Below, one piece after another: positions 41,082 to 49,834 of a stretch of DNA of 64,000 nucleotides. The position numbers were made by a program, and so were the translations under genes. The notes under the pieces were generated by a model that made no database searches, had not been told where the DNA came from, and saw only the letters and a program-made list of their open reading frames with translations. Each line of letters starts with the position of its first letter. Position 1 is the first letter of the stretch. Source of the DNA: a virus; IMG/VR virus record IMGVR_UViG_3300025592_000986; one strand, 5' to 3'.

Positions 41082-41834
41082 ATGAGAGGGAATATGAACA
41101 ACTTTTTTTCAATTTTAATATTTTATTTTTTTATTGCATCTTGTGCCTCGCCTTCTTGGGTTAGAGAATCAGGGCGAAGAGCACCAATAGAATCATTTGT
41201 GTTTATAAAAGCCACGGTAAAATTACAAAGGTGCGCGTCGATTGATTCACAAAGTATTTGCACTGTTGAGAACCACGGATCAACAGCGTCGGGAATCTCC
41301 ATAGGTAACATAGGAAACTCTTCTGTTATTCTGACCGCAGGACATCTGTGTGAAGTTGACAGCGCAAGCTTGCCCCCGGATGTGCAAGGATACAAAGTTG
41401 AGATAGAAGTCTACAACTACAGGGGAAGGTCAAAGGTGGGTAAAATAATAAAGAGTATATATAAAGATCCAGATATGTGCTCTATTTTGGTCAAGGATTT
41501 TATGATACCTGGTGTAAAGTTCTCGATGTCTGCACCTGAAGTTGGTGAAAGGGTATACGCCCTGTCCGCACCGGTCGGGATATTTCACCCGCCAGCAGTA
41601 CCAATACTAGAGGGGCTCTACAGTGGGGACAGATTTGAAAGGGATTTCTCGATTGTAACTATAAGGGCGACTGGGGGTTCTTCCGGTAGCGGTATCTTAA
41701 ACGAGAGGATGGAACTGATTGGGATATTGTTTGCGACGCACCCTGCTTTTAACAGCGTGACTCTAATTTCCACCTATTCATTAACCAGAAAATTCATATT
41801 CGACACGCTCCTACAACTCAAGGTTATGCGTTAG
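41082..41834 (+). CDS. Trypsin-like serine protease, putative lipoprotein
   Basis: LTAGH, D, GGSSGSG triad; FIASC lipobox-like signal. Confidence 0.85.
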   Translation: MRGNMNNFFSILIFYFFIASCASPSWVRESGRRAPIESFVFIKATVKLQRCASIDSQSICTVENHGSTASGISIGNIGNSSVILTAGHLCEVDSASLPPDVQGYKVEIEVYNYRGRSKVGKIIKSIYKDPDMCSILVKDFMIPGVKFSMSAPEVGERVYALSAPVGIFHPPAVPILEGLYSGDRFERDFSIVTIRATGGSSGSGILNERMELIGILFATHPAFNSVTLISTYSLTRKFIFDTLLQLKVMR

Positions 41835-41991
41835 AAAGCCAACTAGTTAATAGGCCCTCTTTTTTATCTTTCATCATTTCCAAACGGCGGGCGAAGGCGA
41901 ACTTCTTGGCTCGCTTAGCCGTATCGACAGATTTGTTGATCTCTTCAATCTCAACCCTCAACAAATAAATTTTGTTTCTACTTTTCTTCAT
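41824..41991 (-). CDS. Small basic hypothetical protein (55 aa)
   Basis: Manual translation MKKSRNKIYLLRVEIEEINKSVDTAKRAKKFAFARRLEMM...; coupled to the stop of the upstream gene. Confidence 0.55.
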   Translation of the reverse strand: MKKSRNKIYLLRVEIEEINKSVDTAKRAKKFAFARRLEMMKDKKEGLLTSWLSNA

Positions 41992-42314
41992 CATTTTTTA
42001 ACCGCCTCCTTCTTCTTGCCTATCTTTACTTTACCGTAAACGACGTAAATTCTGTACCTGAGAGATATCCCATAACCCTGTGGGGCTACCAAGGGGTGAT
42101 AGTACACATCTTTTATGTTGTAACTTGACCAGGTTTTAATTCTTTCGATTATTGTATTTGACAATTTATCTATGGTAAATTGGTAGGTGTCCTGCGTTCT
42201 GAGCGCTTTCTTGTGATTCTCCAGGTTGGCACCTAGATGATCGAATCCGGCAAGGACACTTTTTAAGAATTCTAAAGATTCTTTACTTGTTATTGATCTT
42301 TCACTTGTAGCCAT
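41991..42314 (-). CDS. Hypothetical protein
   Basis: 107-aa ORF in an operon-like run. Confidence 0.65.
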   Translation of the reverse strand: MATSERSITSKESLEFLKSVLAGFDHLGANLENHKKALRTQDTYQFTIDKLSNTIIERIKTWSSYNIKDVYYHPLVAPQGYGISLRYRIYVVYGKVKIGKKKEAVKK

Positions 42315-42489
42315 CTTTCTCCCAACCGCCCCCTTTTAAGCGAAACGAGGATGGAGAAATCTGTTCAAATATTTCTTTTTCTCCACACTCAGCGCATTCA
42401 GATTCAAGTAATACAAGCTTCTGTTTGTAAGAATGAATCTTGAAAAACTCAGCTTCGCAGGTTTTGCACCTGTAACGATAAATAGGCAT
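42301..42489 (-). CDS. FmdB-family zinc-ribbon protein (second copy)
   Basis: MPIYRYRCKTC...CAEC...FRLKGGGW. Confidence 0.85.
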   Translation of the reverse strand: MPIYRYRCKTCEAEFFKIHSYKQKLVLLESECAECGEKEIFEQISPSSFRLKGGGWEKDGYK

Positions 42490-42493
42490 CGCG

Positions 42494-43126
42494 TCAAATA
42501 ATCTCGTCGACTAATCCATACTCAAGACACTTTTCGGCATCCCACCACAAATCGTGTTTCAGGATGTCATTCATTTTATGTTCAGGGATCTTAGTGTACT
42601 CTCTATAAATGTTCTTGATCTTCTTCATAAGCATTTTAGAATTTTCCATATCATCCCTCATCGCAGCGTACTTGCCCCACATCACACCAGAAAGCTGATG
42701 AACTAGCATACAAGCGTTCTTTTGAATATACCTTTTATCAGCTACTATCGACATTAAAGTTGCGGCAGATGCTGCGCAGCCGTCAACCACACTGTGTATA
42801 GGCAATTCAGAATTTATAATATGATCAACAGCAGAAAGGCCTGCAAAAACCGACCCTCCGTAACTGTTAATGTGAAGCTTGATAACAGGCTTTCCACAAT
42901 CGTAAAAATGGCTCTTTGGCAATAAGTTGTAGTTCAGGTTGAAAATCAGCTTATTCATTTTTAAAACTTTTGGGCGAGACACGCCAGAATAAAAATAAAT
43001 CCTATTTCCAGAATGATCAACTTGATTAAAGTCAGCGTTATCAGATAACTCCAGATCCATCGGTGATGTCACCTTCTTTGTGACTTCCTCTTTCTCCTTT
43101 TCAGAACCCCAGTATTGATCTCTCAC
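42494..43126 (-). CDS. clpP: ClpP-family protease
   Basis: INSYGGSV, AASAA, HQ, DLWWDAEKCLEYGLVD; GTG start after an AAGGAG SD. Confidence 0.85.
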   Translation of the reverse strand: MRDQYWGSEKEKEEVTKKVTSPMDLELSDNADFNQVDHSGNRIYFYSGVSRPKVLKMNKLIFNLNYNLLPKSHFYDCGKPVIKLHINSYGGSVFAGLSAVDHIINSELPIHSVVDGCAASAATLMSIVADKRYIQKNACMLVHQLSGVMWGKYAAMRDDMENSKMLMKKIKNIYREYTKIPEHKMNDILKHDLWWDAEKCLEYGLVDEII

Positions 43127-43155
43127 GAACGTACTCCTTTTTTTATGTTTGTATT

Positions 43156-43686
43156 TTACCAGTTTACGCCAGTAGTGATTGCAGTCGCCCAATAGTCATT
43201 GACGTCGGGTACGAAACTAAAGTGTACTGGTACGCTGAACATACCAGCATTCATAGTGTATCCGACTGCGCCGATCAGGTGAATGAATTTATCCTCCCCT
43301 GATGGATCGTGGAATGATAAATTTGGACCTACAGCGATCTGTAAAGACTTGTCAATCTCAAACCCGATCAAAGCACGCACGGATGGTGAAACAACGCTCT
43401 GATCCAACCCAGACAGACTCAAGTTCTGAATAAACAACACGTCTAACCAGTCGCCGCCTGGCATCGTCTGTTGTAACTCCAGTCCCATTGTAAACATATG
43501 CGGACTTTGGAGTTCCGATTCTTTACCTTCCGAGTTTGGTTTGTGTGCCTTATTGGCGTAAACATACCCGAATCTAATTCCCGAACGCTTGGTCCATTTA
43601 CCAGCCTCATCGGATGTATCGCGTGCGATAGCTAGTGATGGCACAATCAATGCAAGTGTCAATAGTGTTAAAATAACTTTCTTCAT
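43156..43686 (-). CDS. Secreted, putative outer-membrane beta-barrel protein
   Basis: Sec signal MKKVILTLLTLALIVPSLAIA, alternating amphipathic strands, C-terminal Trp; GGGAG SD. Confidence 0.6.
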   Translation of the reverse strand: MKKVILTLLTLALIVPSLAIARDTSDEAGKWTKRSGIRFGYVYANKAHKPNSEGKESELQSPHMFTMGLELQQTMPGGDWLDVLFIQNLSLSGLDQSVVSPSVRALIGFEIDKSLQIAVGPNLSFHDPSGEDKFIHLIGAVGYTMNAGMFSVPVHFSFVPDVNDYWATAITTGVNW

Positions 43687-43707
43687 TTTTTTCTCCCTTT
43701 TAGTTTG

Positions 43708-43781
43708 TGGGCCCACCTGGATTTGAACCAGAAACCTTCTGTTTATGAGACAGATGCTCTAACCGATTGAGCTATAGGCCC
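43708..43781 (-). tRNA. tRNA-Ile2 (CAU anticodon, lysidine-type); CCA not encoded
   Basis: GGGCCTATAGCTCAATCGGTTAGAGCATCTGT-CTCATAA-ACAGAAGGTTTCTGGTTCAAATCCAGGTGGGCCCA folds as a cloverleaf; C4-G69 and C5-G68 pairs; directly downstream of tilS. Confidence 0.9.
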
Positions 43782-43805
43782 GAATGACTAATACCATAGC
43801 ACACA

Positions 43806-44417
43806 TTACAAATATGTTTCAATCAATTTCTTTCTTATCGTAGTTCTTATTCCTGGATTTACTTTAAGTACTTGTGGGATGATTTTGTGGCGCACCCTGT
43901 TTCTCATAAAGTTGGTTAGTTGATTTGATGGGTCTTCTGTCCACTTGACGTCTTTGTTTCTAGCGTACTGCTTTATCGCTGTCTTACTGGTCATCAGGAA
44001 GGGCCTAAAAATATTGGTATTTCTTTGAAACGGGATCAGCTTTGTTTGACCGTGAAATGCAGACATCAGCCAAGTCTCAACGCAATCGTCCAGGTGATGA
44101 CAGGTGATAATAAAGTCGCTGTCTAATTTCTGGAGGAAACCATACCTCTCATCTCTCCAGAACTCTTCTAGGGAGCGCTTCTCTTTTCTACCCACAACTC
44201 TACCGACGTGCAATTTTAGTTTGTTCTTTTCGGCATACCCCTTTACAAAGTCTTCAGACTTTCTCGCAAAAGCGGTGTCGTGATTAAAATAAGCTAATTC
44301 TATGTCTTTCTTCCCTTGGAGCAAGAAGCTAGTAAAGACCATCGAGTCGATACCGCCGGAGCAAGCAATTGTCACTTTTTTGGGAATCTTTTTAATTATC
44401 CTGATCATAGAAAGCAC
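43806..44417 (-). CDS. tilS: tRNA(Ile)-lysidine synthetase, catalytic domain only
   Basis: ACSGGIDS PP-loop, HHLDDCVET, RPFL, EDPSN, RNRVRH. Confidence 0.9.
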   Translation of the reverse strand: MLSMIRIIKKIPKKVTIACSGGIDSMVFTSFLLQGKKDIELAYFNHDTAFARKSEDFVKGYAEKNKLKLHVGRVVGRKEKRSLEEFWRDERYGFLQKLDSDFIITCHHLDDCVETWLMSAFHGQTKLIPFQRNTNIFRPFLMTSKTAIKQYARNKDVKWTEDPSNQLTNFMRNRVRHKIIPQVLKVNPGIRTTIRKKLIETYL

Positions 44418-44450
44418 AGTATCACATTCTAATGCAGAAGTCTATCTATT

Positions 44451-45551
44451 TTATGAGGCGCTAAAATCTACCAAAGTCACTGTTTTGGTAGCACCGGCTG
44501 ACGTAATCTTGATCATAACATCTCCATCGTCGCCAGAGCCCTGACCACTTGACATCCAAATAACAGAACTTCCTTCTTCGGGGTTGTCTGGATCATATGT
44601 TCTTTCTTTCAAGATAAGTGGCCCTTCTAGCTTTGTATTTCCGTATACGTGTAAGGCCTCTTCGGGAATCTTGATTCCTATGCCCAAACTACCAGAAGCA
44701 TTAGTGTTCAAAGAATCCAAAGTATCACTAGGGATCTCTGTCTGATCAATAATTGCAGCACCATTAGTTAATGTTCCGTGATAACCTGAAACGTAATCTC
44801 TTATACCATTTGATCCCTCAACATCCTGGTCATCTCCCATTTTCCACCAAGAAACAACATTTGCAAAGGCAGAGTGGTTGCGCACATTCATAACATTTCC
44901 AGAGTTGTAGATTTCTGCAACTTCTGCTGATGACAATTCTTTATTAAAAACTACACAATCTGCAATTCTATCTTCAAAGACCCTATTAGCATTTGCTAAG
45001 TCTTGCGTAGCGCCGATTACAACAGGAGTAGATGTGTTTCTAAGTCTAGAATAACTACCATTTGCGCTCTGAGTGGAAGTAGTTTGAGATCCGTCAGTAT
45101 ATACTTTTATACCTGTTTGAGAACCGTTGCCACTGTAAGTTGCAACTACGTGATGCCAAGTTGCATCAGATAAGGTTGCTGAAGGCGCTTGTGTTCTTAT
45201 TGAATCACCAGCAGCAGAAGAAATGTTATCATACAAGAAGAACTGTAGTTTACCATTAGCGTGTTTGAAGATAAACTCGTTACCTCCAGTTGTAAAGTTT
45301 GCTTTTGATATAAAAGGTCCGTCATCAGAAGAGATATCTCCCACGTAAACCCACAGCGACAAAGAAAAAGGAAGATCGTTTGATCCATTTGTAAAACTAA
45401 AATCATCCTGATCTGATACTAATACGTGATCGTTAGTTCCATCTAAACTTATTGCTTTTTTGTTTATTTTTTCTTCTGCGTTGACCTTGATTGAGGAGTC
45501 AATAGCTTCAGACCAGCCAATCTGATTTACATCAATTTTACTTCTAGCCAT
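44451..45551 (-). CDS. LamG/concanavalin A-like lectin domain protein, probably a virion fibre/decoration protein
   Basis: LDGTND, FSLSLWV, WHHVVATY, FNKELS, SWWKMGD; fibre-type LGIG...PEEALHVYG segment. Confidence 0.8.
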   Translation of the reverse strand: MARSKIDVNQIGWSEAIDSSIKVNAEEKINKKAISLDGTNDHVLVSDQDDFSFTNGSNDLPFSLSLWVYVGDISSDDGPFISKANFTTGGNEFIFKHANGKLQFFLYDNISSAAGDSIRTQAPSATLSDATWHHVVATYSGNGSQTGIKVYTDGSQTTSTQSANGSYSRLRNTSTPVVIGATQDLANANRVFEDRIADCVVFNKELSSAEVAEIYNSGNVMNVRNHSAFANVVSWWKMGDDQDVEGSNGIRDYVSGYHGTLTNGAAIIDQTEIPSDTLDSLNTNASGSLGIGIKIPEEALHVYGNTKLEGPLILKERTYDPDNPEEGSSVIWMSSGQGSGDDGDVMIKITSAGATKTVTLVDFSAS

Positions 45552-45554
45552 CTG

Positions 45555-45668
45555 TTACCACTTCCTACAAGACCAGTATCTTGCCTTGGTCTTGGGGCCT
45601 GGGTTCTTGCAGTTGTGCCTTGCTCTAAAGCTTTTTCTCGCCTTTGGGTTAGACTTTCTAATCTTCAT
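45555..45668 (-). CDS. Short basic Cys/His peptide (possibly a truncated module)
   Basis: MKIRKSNPKARKSFRARHNCKNPGPKTKARYWSCRKW, overlapping the end of the upstream ORF. Confidence 0.55.
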   Translation of the reverse strand: MKIRKSNPKARKSFRARHNCKNPGPKTKARYWSCRKW

Positions 45669-46254
45669 TGTTTTTTCCCTGCCTTCCAACATATGCTTTA
45701 ATTTTTGTTGGATTAAATTTAATCTCTCCAGTGTTGTCAGTTTCACTATTTTTAAGAAAAGCAGCAAAAACTCTGTGGCGGCCGCCCAAGATATCTACAA
45801 CTTTATCGCCTTCCATTTTAACTATAACAGGTTCGTGATCGCCACTACCCAATCCTGGGAGAGTATCGATAATACGCTGAATTTTTTCTCTATACTTGTC
45901 CATAGGAAAGTTTGGATTTAATCCCAAATGCTTATCCATTAAAAACTTCCTTTCTTCTGGTTCTATATCTTCCCACTGTAATTTCAAGATAACAGGTTTT
46001 TTGGCCCAATTTAAATTGTATCTATCGTAAACGCTTCTCGCAAACTCATCTGTTTTAAAAAACTTCTCTAATCCTATTTTATTAATATCTTCAGACCTAT
46101 CAATAGCATAATCTTTTGTCCCTTCATGACCGTACATATCATTAAATACAAAATCTGGTAAATGAGGAAATACTTTACTTTTAAGTTCTCTTTCGAATCC
46201 CTTAAATCTAGATTCGCTTAGATACCGTCTCCAATTTTCTATTATAAGTTTCAT
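45658..46254 (-). CDS. Leader-tagged protein with ParB/Srx-like motif
   Basis: MKLIIENWRRYLSE leader; EPVIV...ILGGRHRVFA. Confidence 0.65.
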   Translation of the reverse strand: MKLIIENWRRYLSESRFKGFERELKSKVFPHLPDFVFNDMYGHEGTKDYAIDRSEDINKIGLEKFFKTDEFARSVYDRYNLNWAKKPVILKLQWEDIEPEERKFLMDKHLGLNPNFPMDKYREKIQRIIDTLPGLGSGDHEPVIVKMEGDKVVDILGGRHRVFAAFLKNSETDNTGEIKFNPTKIKAYVGRQGKNNED

Positions 46255-46934
46255 TTCTTTTGTTTTACGTTTTTCGCTTTACCCCTGCGATTTGGGTTGG
46301 GATCTTCTTTTCTCTTCTTCTCATTGAGGTAGAGGTCAATCTCTTCGTCGATAATTTCATCTATCTCCTTGTTATTTCTTTTTGCTAACATCTCAGCATT
46401 ACGTTGATGTTGAATAACATTATGGTAATAGTCGGATGCTTCGCGGACCTCCTCTCGTGTTGGTAGATCCGCCTGTTCAGGTGGTACTTGAATACCCAAT
46501 CGGTTCTCAACTCTCTCTAAGGCAGATAATTGCTTTTCACTTAAATGAGGTTTAGAGAATCTGGTCCCTGGTCTACTCTTGGTCATAAGTTGCCTGATCA
46601 TACTATTCATAAAGTCAGATGTTCTTTCGTCGTTTGTGGCGGCAAGAACTGCCTTCATTCGATTGACTGCTGCGTCTCTGTGCATAGTGAAAAGTTTTAT
46701 CTTTTCTAATTGTTTCACTCCGCTATGTATGTTTGGATCGATTTTAAAATCTTCTTCGACAATTTCTGATAACGAAACTTTACCTTCATCAGCTTTTACA
46801 CAGTTTCTGTATGTCTTACCGTACATCTTTTTTGTTTTAGTGGTTGAATGAGTTTTGTAACCCTTCTGACAGCGTTCATTCAAGAATCCCTGTAACTCTT
46901 CTTCAATAATATTTAAAAGTTCTTTATTGGTCAT
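46251..46934 (-). CDS. Modular hypothetical protein with basic Cys-containing peptides
   Basis: IIEEELQGFLNE followed by RCQKGY...RNCVK; C-terminal YLNE followed by KKRKEDPNPNRRGKAK. Confidence 0.7.
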   Translation of the reverse strand: MTNKELLNIIEEELQGFLNERCQKGYKTHSTTKTKKMYGKTYRNCVKADEGKVSLSEIVEEDFKIDPNIHSGVKQLEKIKLFTMHRDAAVNRMKAVLAATNDERTSDFMNSMIRQLMTKSRPGTRFSKPHLSEKQLSALERVENRLGIQVPPEQADLPTREEVREASDYYHNVIQHQRNAEMLAKRNNKEIDEIIDEEIDLYLNEKKRKEDPNPNRRGKAKNVKQKK

Positions 46935-47659
46935 TTCTCACCCTTCCAGATCTTGCCTTGGCGACATCTCACTACAGCACCTGAAGCATAAGCAGATGGC
47001 CATACATCATACTTTCTTTTCGCTATTCTGGTACAACGATCATCTTTTTTCTTTTTCTTTTTCTTTTCGGCTAGTCTACTTCCATCTTCCTCTTCTAGCA
47101 TTCCAAAATTTTGGCCGTATCCTTGCACCAAACATGTTAGAGTTATTGCACCACTTTGTAGACAATCATCACCTGCCGCAGCCAGTAATCCTGTTTTTAC
47201 TATATCTGGTAGTTTATCTAAGATCTTTTTAGCAATTGGGTTTTGCAACAGGTCGCCTTTGGATAGGTTATGCGCGACTGTCGATGCCATCACGTCTTGT
47301 TCTTCTTTTTCTTTTCTTGTAAGTGATAATTTTGTCTGTTTATACAACTCATTCTGTTCTGGAGTGAAGTCTGTTAGCTTGATACCATTTAAGCCTGCCA
47401 GTTTTTTAATCTCTTTTGTACGCTGAATTCTTTCTTTCCTGCGCGATCGTGACCGACGTGTCTCCTCTATTTCACCTTGCCTCTCTGCAAGTTCGCTATC
47501 TGCGTCTGCTGCTGCAGCGTCGGCACCTAACTGTAGTGCTATGAGTTGCTTTATCGCTTCCTCTGCCTGTTTTTTATCTTTCGTGGATAGTTGTGCTGGC
47601 GTTGAACTGTAGTCAGATTCATTCAAAAACTTTTTCCAATTTTCCATTATGAGCTTCAT
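46931..47659 (-). CDS. Leader-tagged modular protein with C-terminal basic Cys peptide
   Basis: MKLIMENWKKFLNE; LAE followed by KKKKKKKDDRC...WPSAYASGAVVRC. Confidence 0.7.
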   Translation of the reverse strand: MKLIMENWKKFLNESDYSSTPAQLSTKDKKQAEEAIKQLIALQLGADAAAADADSELAERQGEIEETRRSRSRRKERIQRTKEIKKLAGLNGIKLTDFTPEQNELYKQTKLSLTRKEKEEQDVMASTVAHNLSKGDLLQNPIAKKILDKLPDIVKTGLLAAAGDDCLQSGAITLTCLVQGYGQNFGMLEEEDGSRLAEKKKKKKKDDRCTRIAKRKYDVWPSAYASGAVVRCRQGKIWKGEK

Positions 47660-47660
47660 T

Positions 47661-48074
47661 TTATAGACTCCTCAGTAGGTCGTTGAGTGACGCAAGTGCT
47701 TTTTCGTACTTGCCACCAACCAATTGATCCTGCATTTGATATAAAGCATTATACATCTTTTCCACTCTTTGTTTTGCACGGGCAGAGGAGAACTTTTGCT
47801 GATCACCAAACACCTCTGGGTACATTTGTTTGATTTTTTCAATATTGTCGACAAACTTGTCTAGAGGCACTACGCTTCCTGGTTTTTTCTTATCATATTC
47901 TTTTGAAAAATCTTGGTAGTGCTGAAGAGTTAAATTTAACTTATTTAACTTTTCTAAATATCCTGGATACTTTTTGTTGTACATAGATTGGTTAAGACCT
48001 GATAAATCAAAGGCCCTAGGGTCAATATCTGCTTCGTTTATGAATTTAGTCCAGTGCTCAAATATCTTTTTCAT
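47661..48074 (-). CDS. Leader-tagged hypothetical protein
   Basis: MKKIFEHWTKFINE variant leader. Confidence 0.7.
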   Translation of the reverse strand: MKKIFEHWTKFINEADIDPRAFDLSGLNQSMYNKKYPGYLEKLNKLNLTLQHYQDFSKEYDKKKPGSVVPLDKFVDNIEKIKQMYPEVFGDQQKFSSARAKQRVEKMYNALYQMQDQLVGGKYEKALASLNDLLRSL

Positions 48075-48105
48075 ACTAGTATGTAGTACGAAAAAATAGC
48101 TTTTC

Positions 48106-48435
48106 CTACTCTAAATCTTGTTCTGAGTTGTATTTTTTACAAAATAAGCGAAGATCTTTAACAGTTATACCTAGCATAGCTGCTGCTTCTTTTTGAGACT
48201 TTGTTGCAGATAGAGAAAATTTTACTAAAGAATCTTTTATAATATAATCAATAGTTTTAAAAATAGGAAAACCAAACAACTTTCCTTTAACTATTCTAGA
48301 AGATAGCTCTAACTTTAAAGCTATTATTTGTTCTAATGTAAGAGAGTTTAATATAGATTCAAATTGTTCATTAGTTACCTTCTCTTTTAGTAACTTCTTT
48401 GATATACTATAGTAGTGGTTTTTTCCAAGATTCAT
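48106..48435 (-). CDS. Putative Fis-like HTH DNA-binding protein
   Basis: SQKEAAAMLGIT...LR C-terminal HTH pattern; visibly AT-rich gene. Confidence 0.55.
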   Translation of the reverse strand: MNLGKNHYYSISKKLLKEKVTNEQFESILNSLTLEQIIALKLELSSRIVKGKLFGFPIFKTIDYIIKDSLVKFSLSATKSQKEAAAMLGITVKDLRLFCKKYNSEQDLE

Positions 48436-48498
48436 AACTTATTACTTTTAATAAATTAATTAATATCATACTTTTAGATACTAGTCAAACTTATTTTT

Positions 48499-49833
48499 TT
48501 ATTTATTTTGGCTCAATATGTTCTTGACAACTGCTGCAATTTCTGGTGTAATAGGTGTGTAGTTAGGGTTTAGCTTTCGGAGTTCACTAGATAATGATTT
48601 TGCAAACACTTCTGTTTCTTCCTCTGGGTTTACTTCTAAATTTCTGGCTAAGACCGCTAGTATTTCTTCGTCGCCCTCACCCACCTCCTCTTTAACCAAT
48701 AGATTAAAAGCTTGATCGCCCCAAGTTTCAATGACTGGGTTGTCATCTAACAGTTCCTCTAAAGGTGCTTCTTGGTCTATAACAGGCGATTCTAGATCAC
48801 CCTTAGCTTTTTCGTATTCAGGAGTAGTAGGTTCCTCGATTTCAGGGGTCATCGCATCTTCAAACACATCGAAGTGAAGTTTTAAATTTGTTATGAGGTA
48901 GTCATAAAATATCTCACGATCTTTTTCATTTGTATAGTTCCCAGAAGCCAATTTATAGGCTTTTCCAATTTGAGTGTCGATCTTGTTGATTGTTTCATAT
49001 GCGGCCAAAGCTCCAGCTTGGTCTCTGTCCGGCATACTGAACTTTTTAAAATCAGGATCCTCTCCGTCATCTTCGTCTTCTTTTTGATCCTTTGTCCCTA
49101 AAACGTCGATGAACTTGTCTTCGTCTTCTATATTTATAGAAACTTCACCTTCCTCAGATAGACTTGAAACTTCTTCTGGCTCTTCGTCATCAGGAGTACC
49201 ACCGGTAGCTAGCTCTAGAATGTTCCTGACAGCGTTAATTAAATGTTCTCTGAACGACTCTCTCTGGTTCTGGTCCGTGGTAAGCTTTTCATAGTCTATT
49301 TTTATAGTTGGTATTATATTATCTAAAAGTTCTTCTAAATAATTTATAGCAGTTGAATTATGGACTTTTCTTTCAGTAGCGGCTTCGATTATGATATTTT
49401 GTATCAGTCCTCGGAACTCAGTTAAGTTCTTTATGTTTTTAAAGTCTTCATCAAACTTTTTCTTCTTTTCAAATTTGATAAGTTGATCAAGTTCTTCTTT
49501 GAATAACAACATTTCTGCTATCGCTTCTCTTTTAATCATTTGTGTATCCCTCTTGTGCTTTTCGTTATCTTCATCATCAAAGTTTGCAAAAGCTCCTGGG
49601 GTGCCTTCGACTGAACCGCCAGACATTGAAGAAACCTCTTCTAACTCCTTGTCTTCGTTTGCGAAAAAAGCATTTGATTTGTCTTTTGGGCGAGCTTGGT
49701 TAAAAGGTGCGCCGTGTTTTACTAAATCTTGTCTACCGCCGTCGAGAAGTCTTGCGTGCCCTCGGCTAGCTCTAGGCTTAGCGACGCTACTTTGAAAACT
49801 CTCTTTTATCACTTCTTTGATGAATTCTAGCAT
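48499..49833 (-). CDS. Acidic hypothetical protein (possible head/scaffold-associated)
   Basis: Very Glu/Asp-rich, with many (I/L)xE sites. Confidence 0.6.
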   Translation of the reverse strand: MLEFIKEVIKESFQSSVAKPRASRGHARLLDGGRQDLVKHGAPFNQARPKDKSNAFFANEDKELEEVSSMSGGSVEGTPGAFANFDDEDNEKHKRDTQMIKREAIAEMLLFKEELDQLIKFEKKKKFDEDFKNIKNLTEFRGLIQNIIIEAATERKVHNSTAINYLEELLDNIIPTIKIDYEKLTTDQNQRESFREHLINAVRNILELATGGTPDDEEPEEVSSLSEEGEVSINIEDEDKFIDVLGTKDQKEDEDDGEDPDFKKFSMPDRDQAGALAAYETINKIDTQIGKAYKLASGNYTNEKDREIFYDYLITNLKLHFDVFEDAMTPEIEEPTTPEYEKAKGDLESPVIDQEAPLEELLDDNPVIETWGDQAFNLLVKEEVGEGDEEILAVLARNLEVNPEEETEVFAKSLSSELRKLNPNYTPITPEIAAVVKNILSQNK

Positions 49834-49834
49834 C

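Noticed and set aside
43708-43781. tRNA-Met or initiator tRNA
   Set aside because: Paired G1-C72, no three G-C pairs in the anticodon stem, Ile2-type acceptor stem and an adjacent tilS.
45670-45679. Programmed -1 frameshift at GGGAAAAAAC
   Set aside because: The -1 frame reaches TGA within two codons; the downstream module is in the +1 frame.
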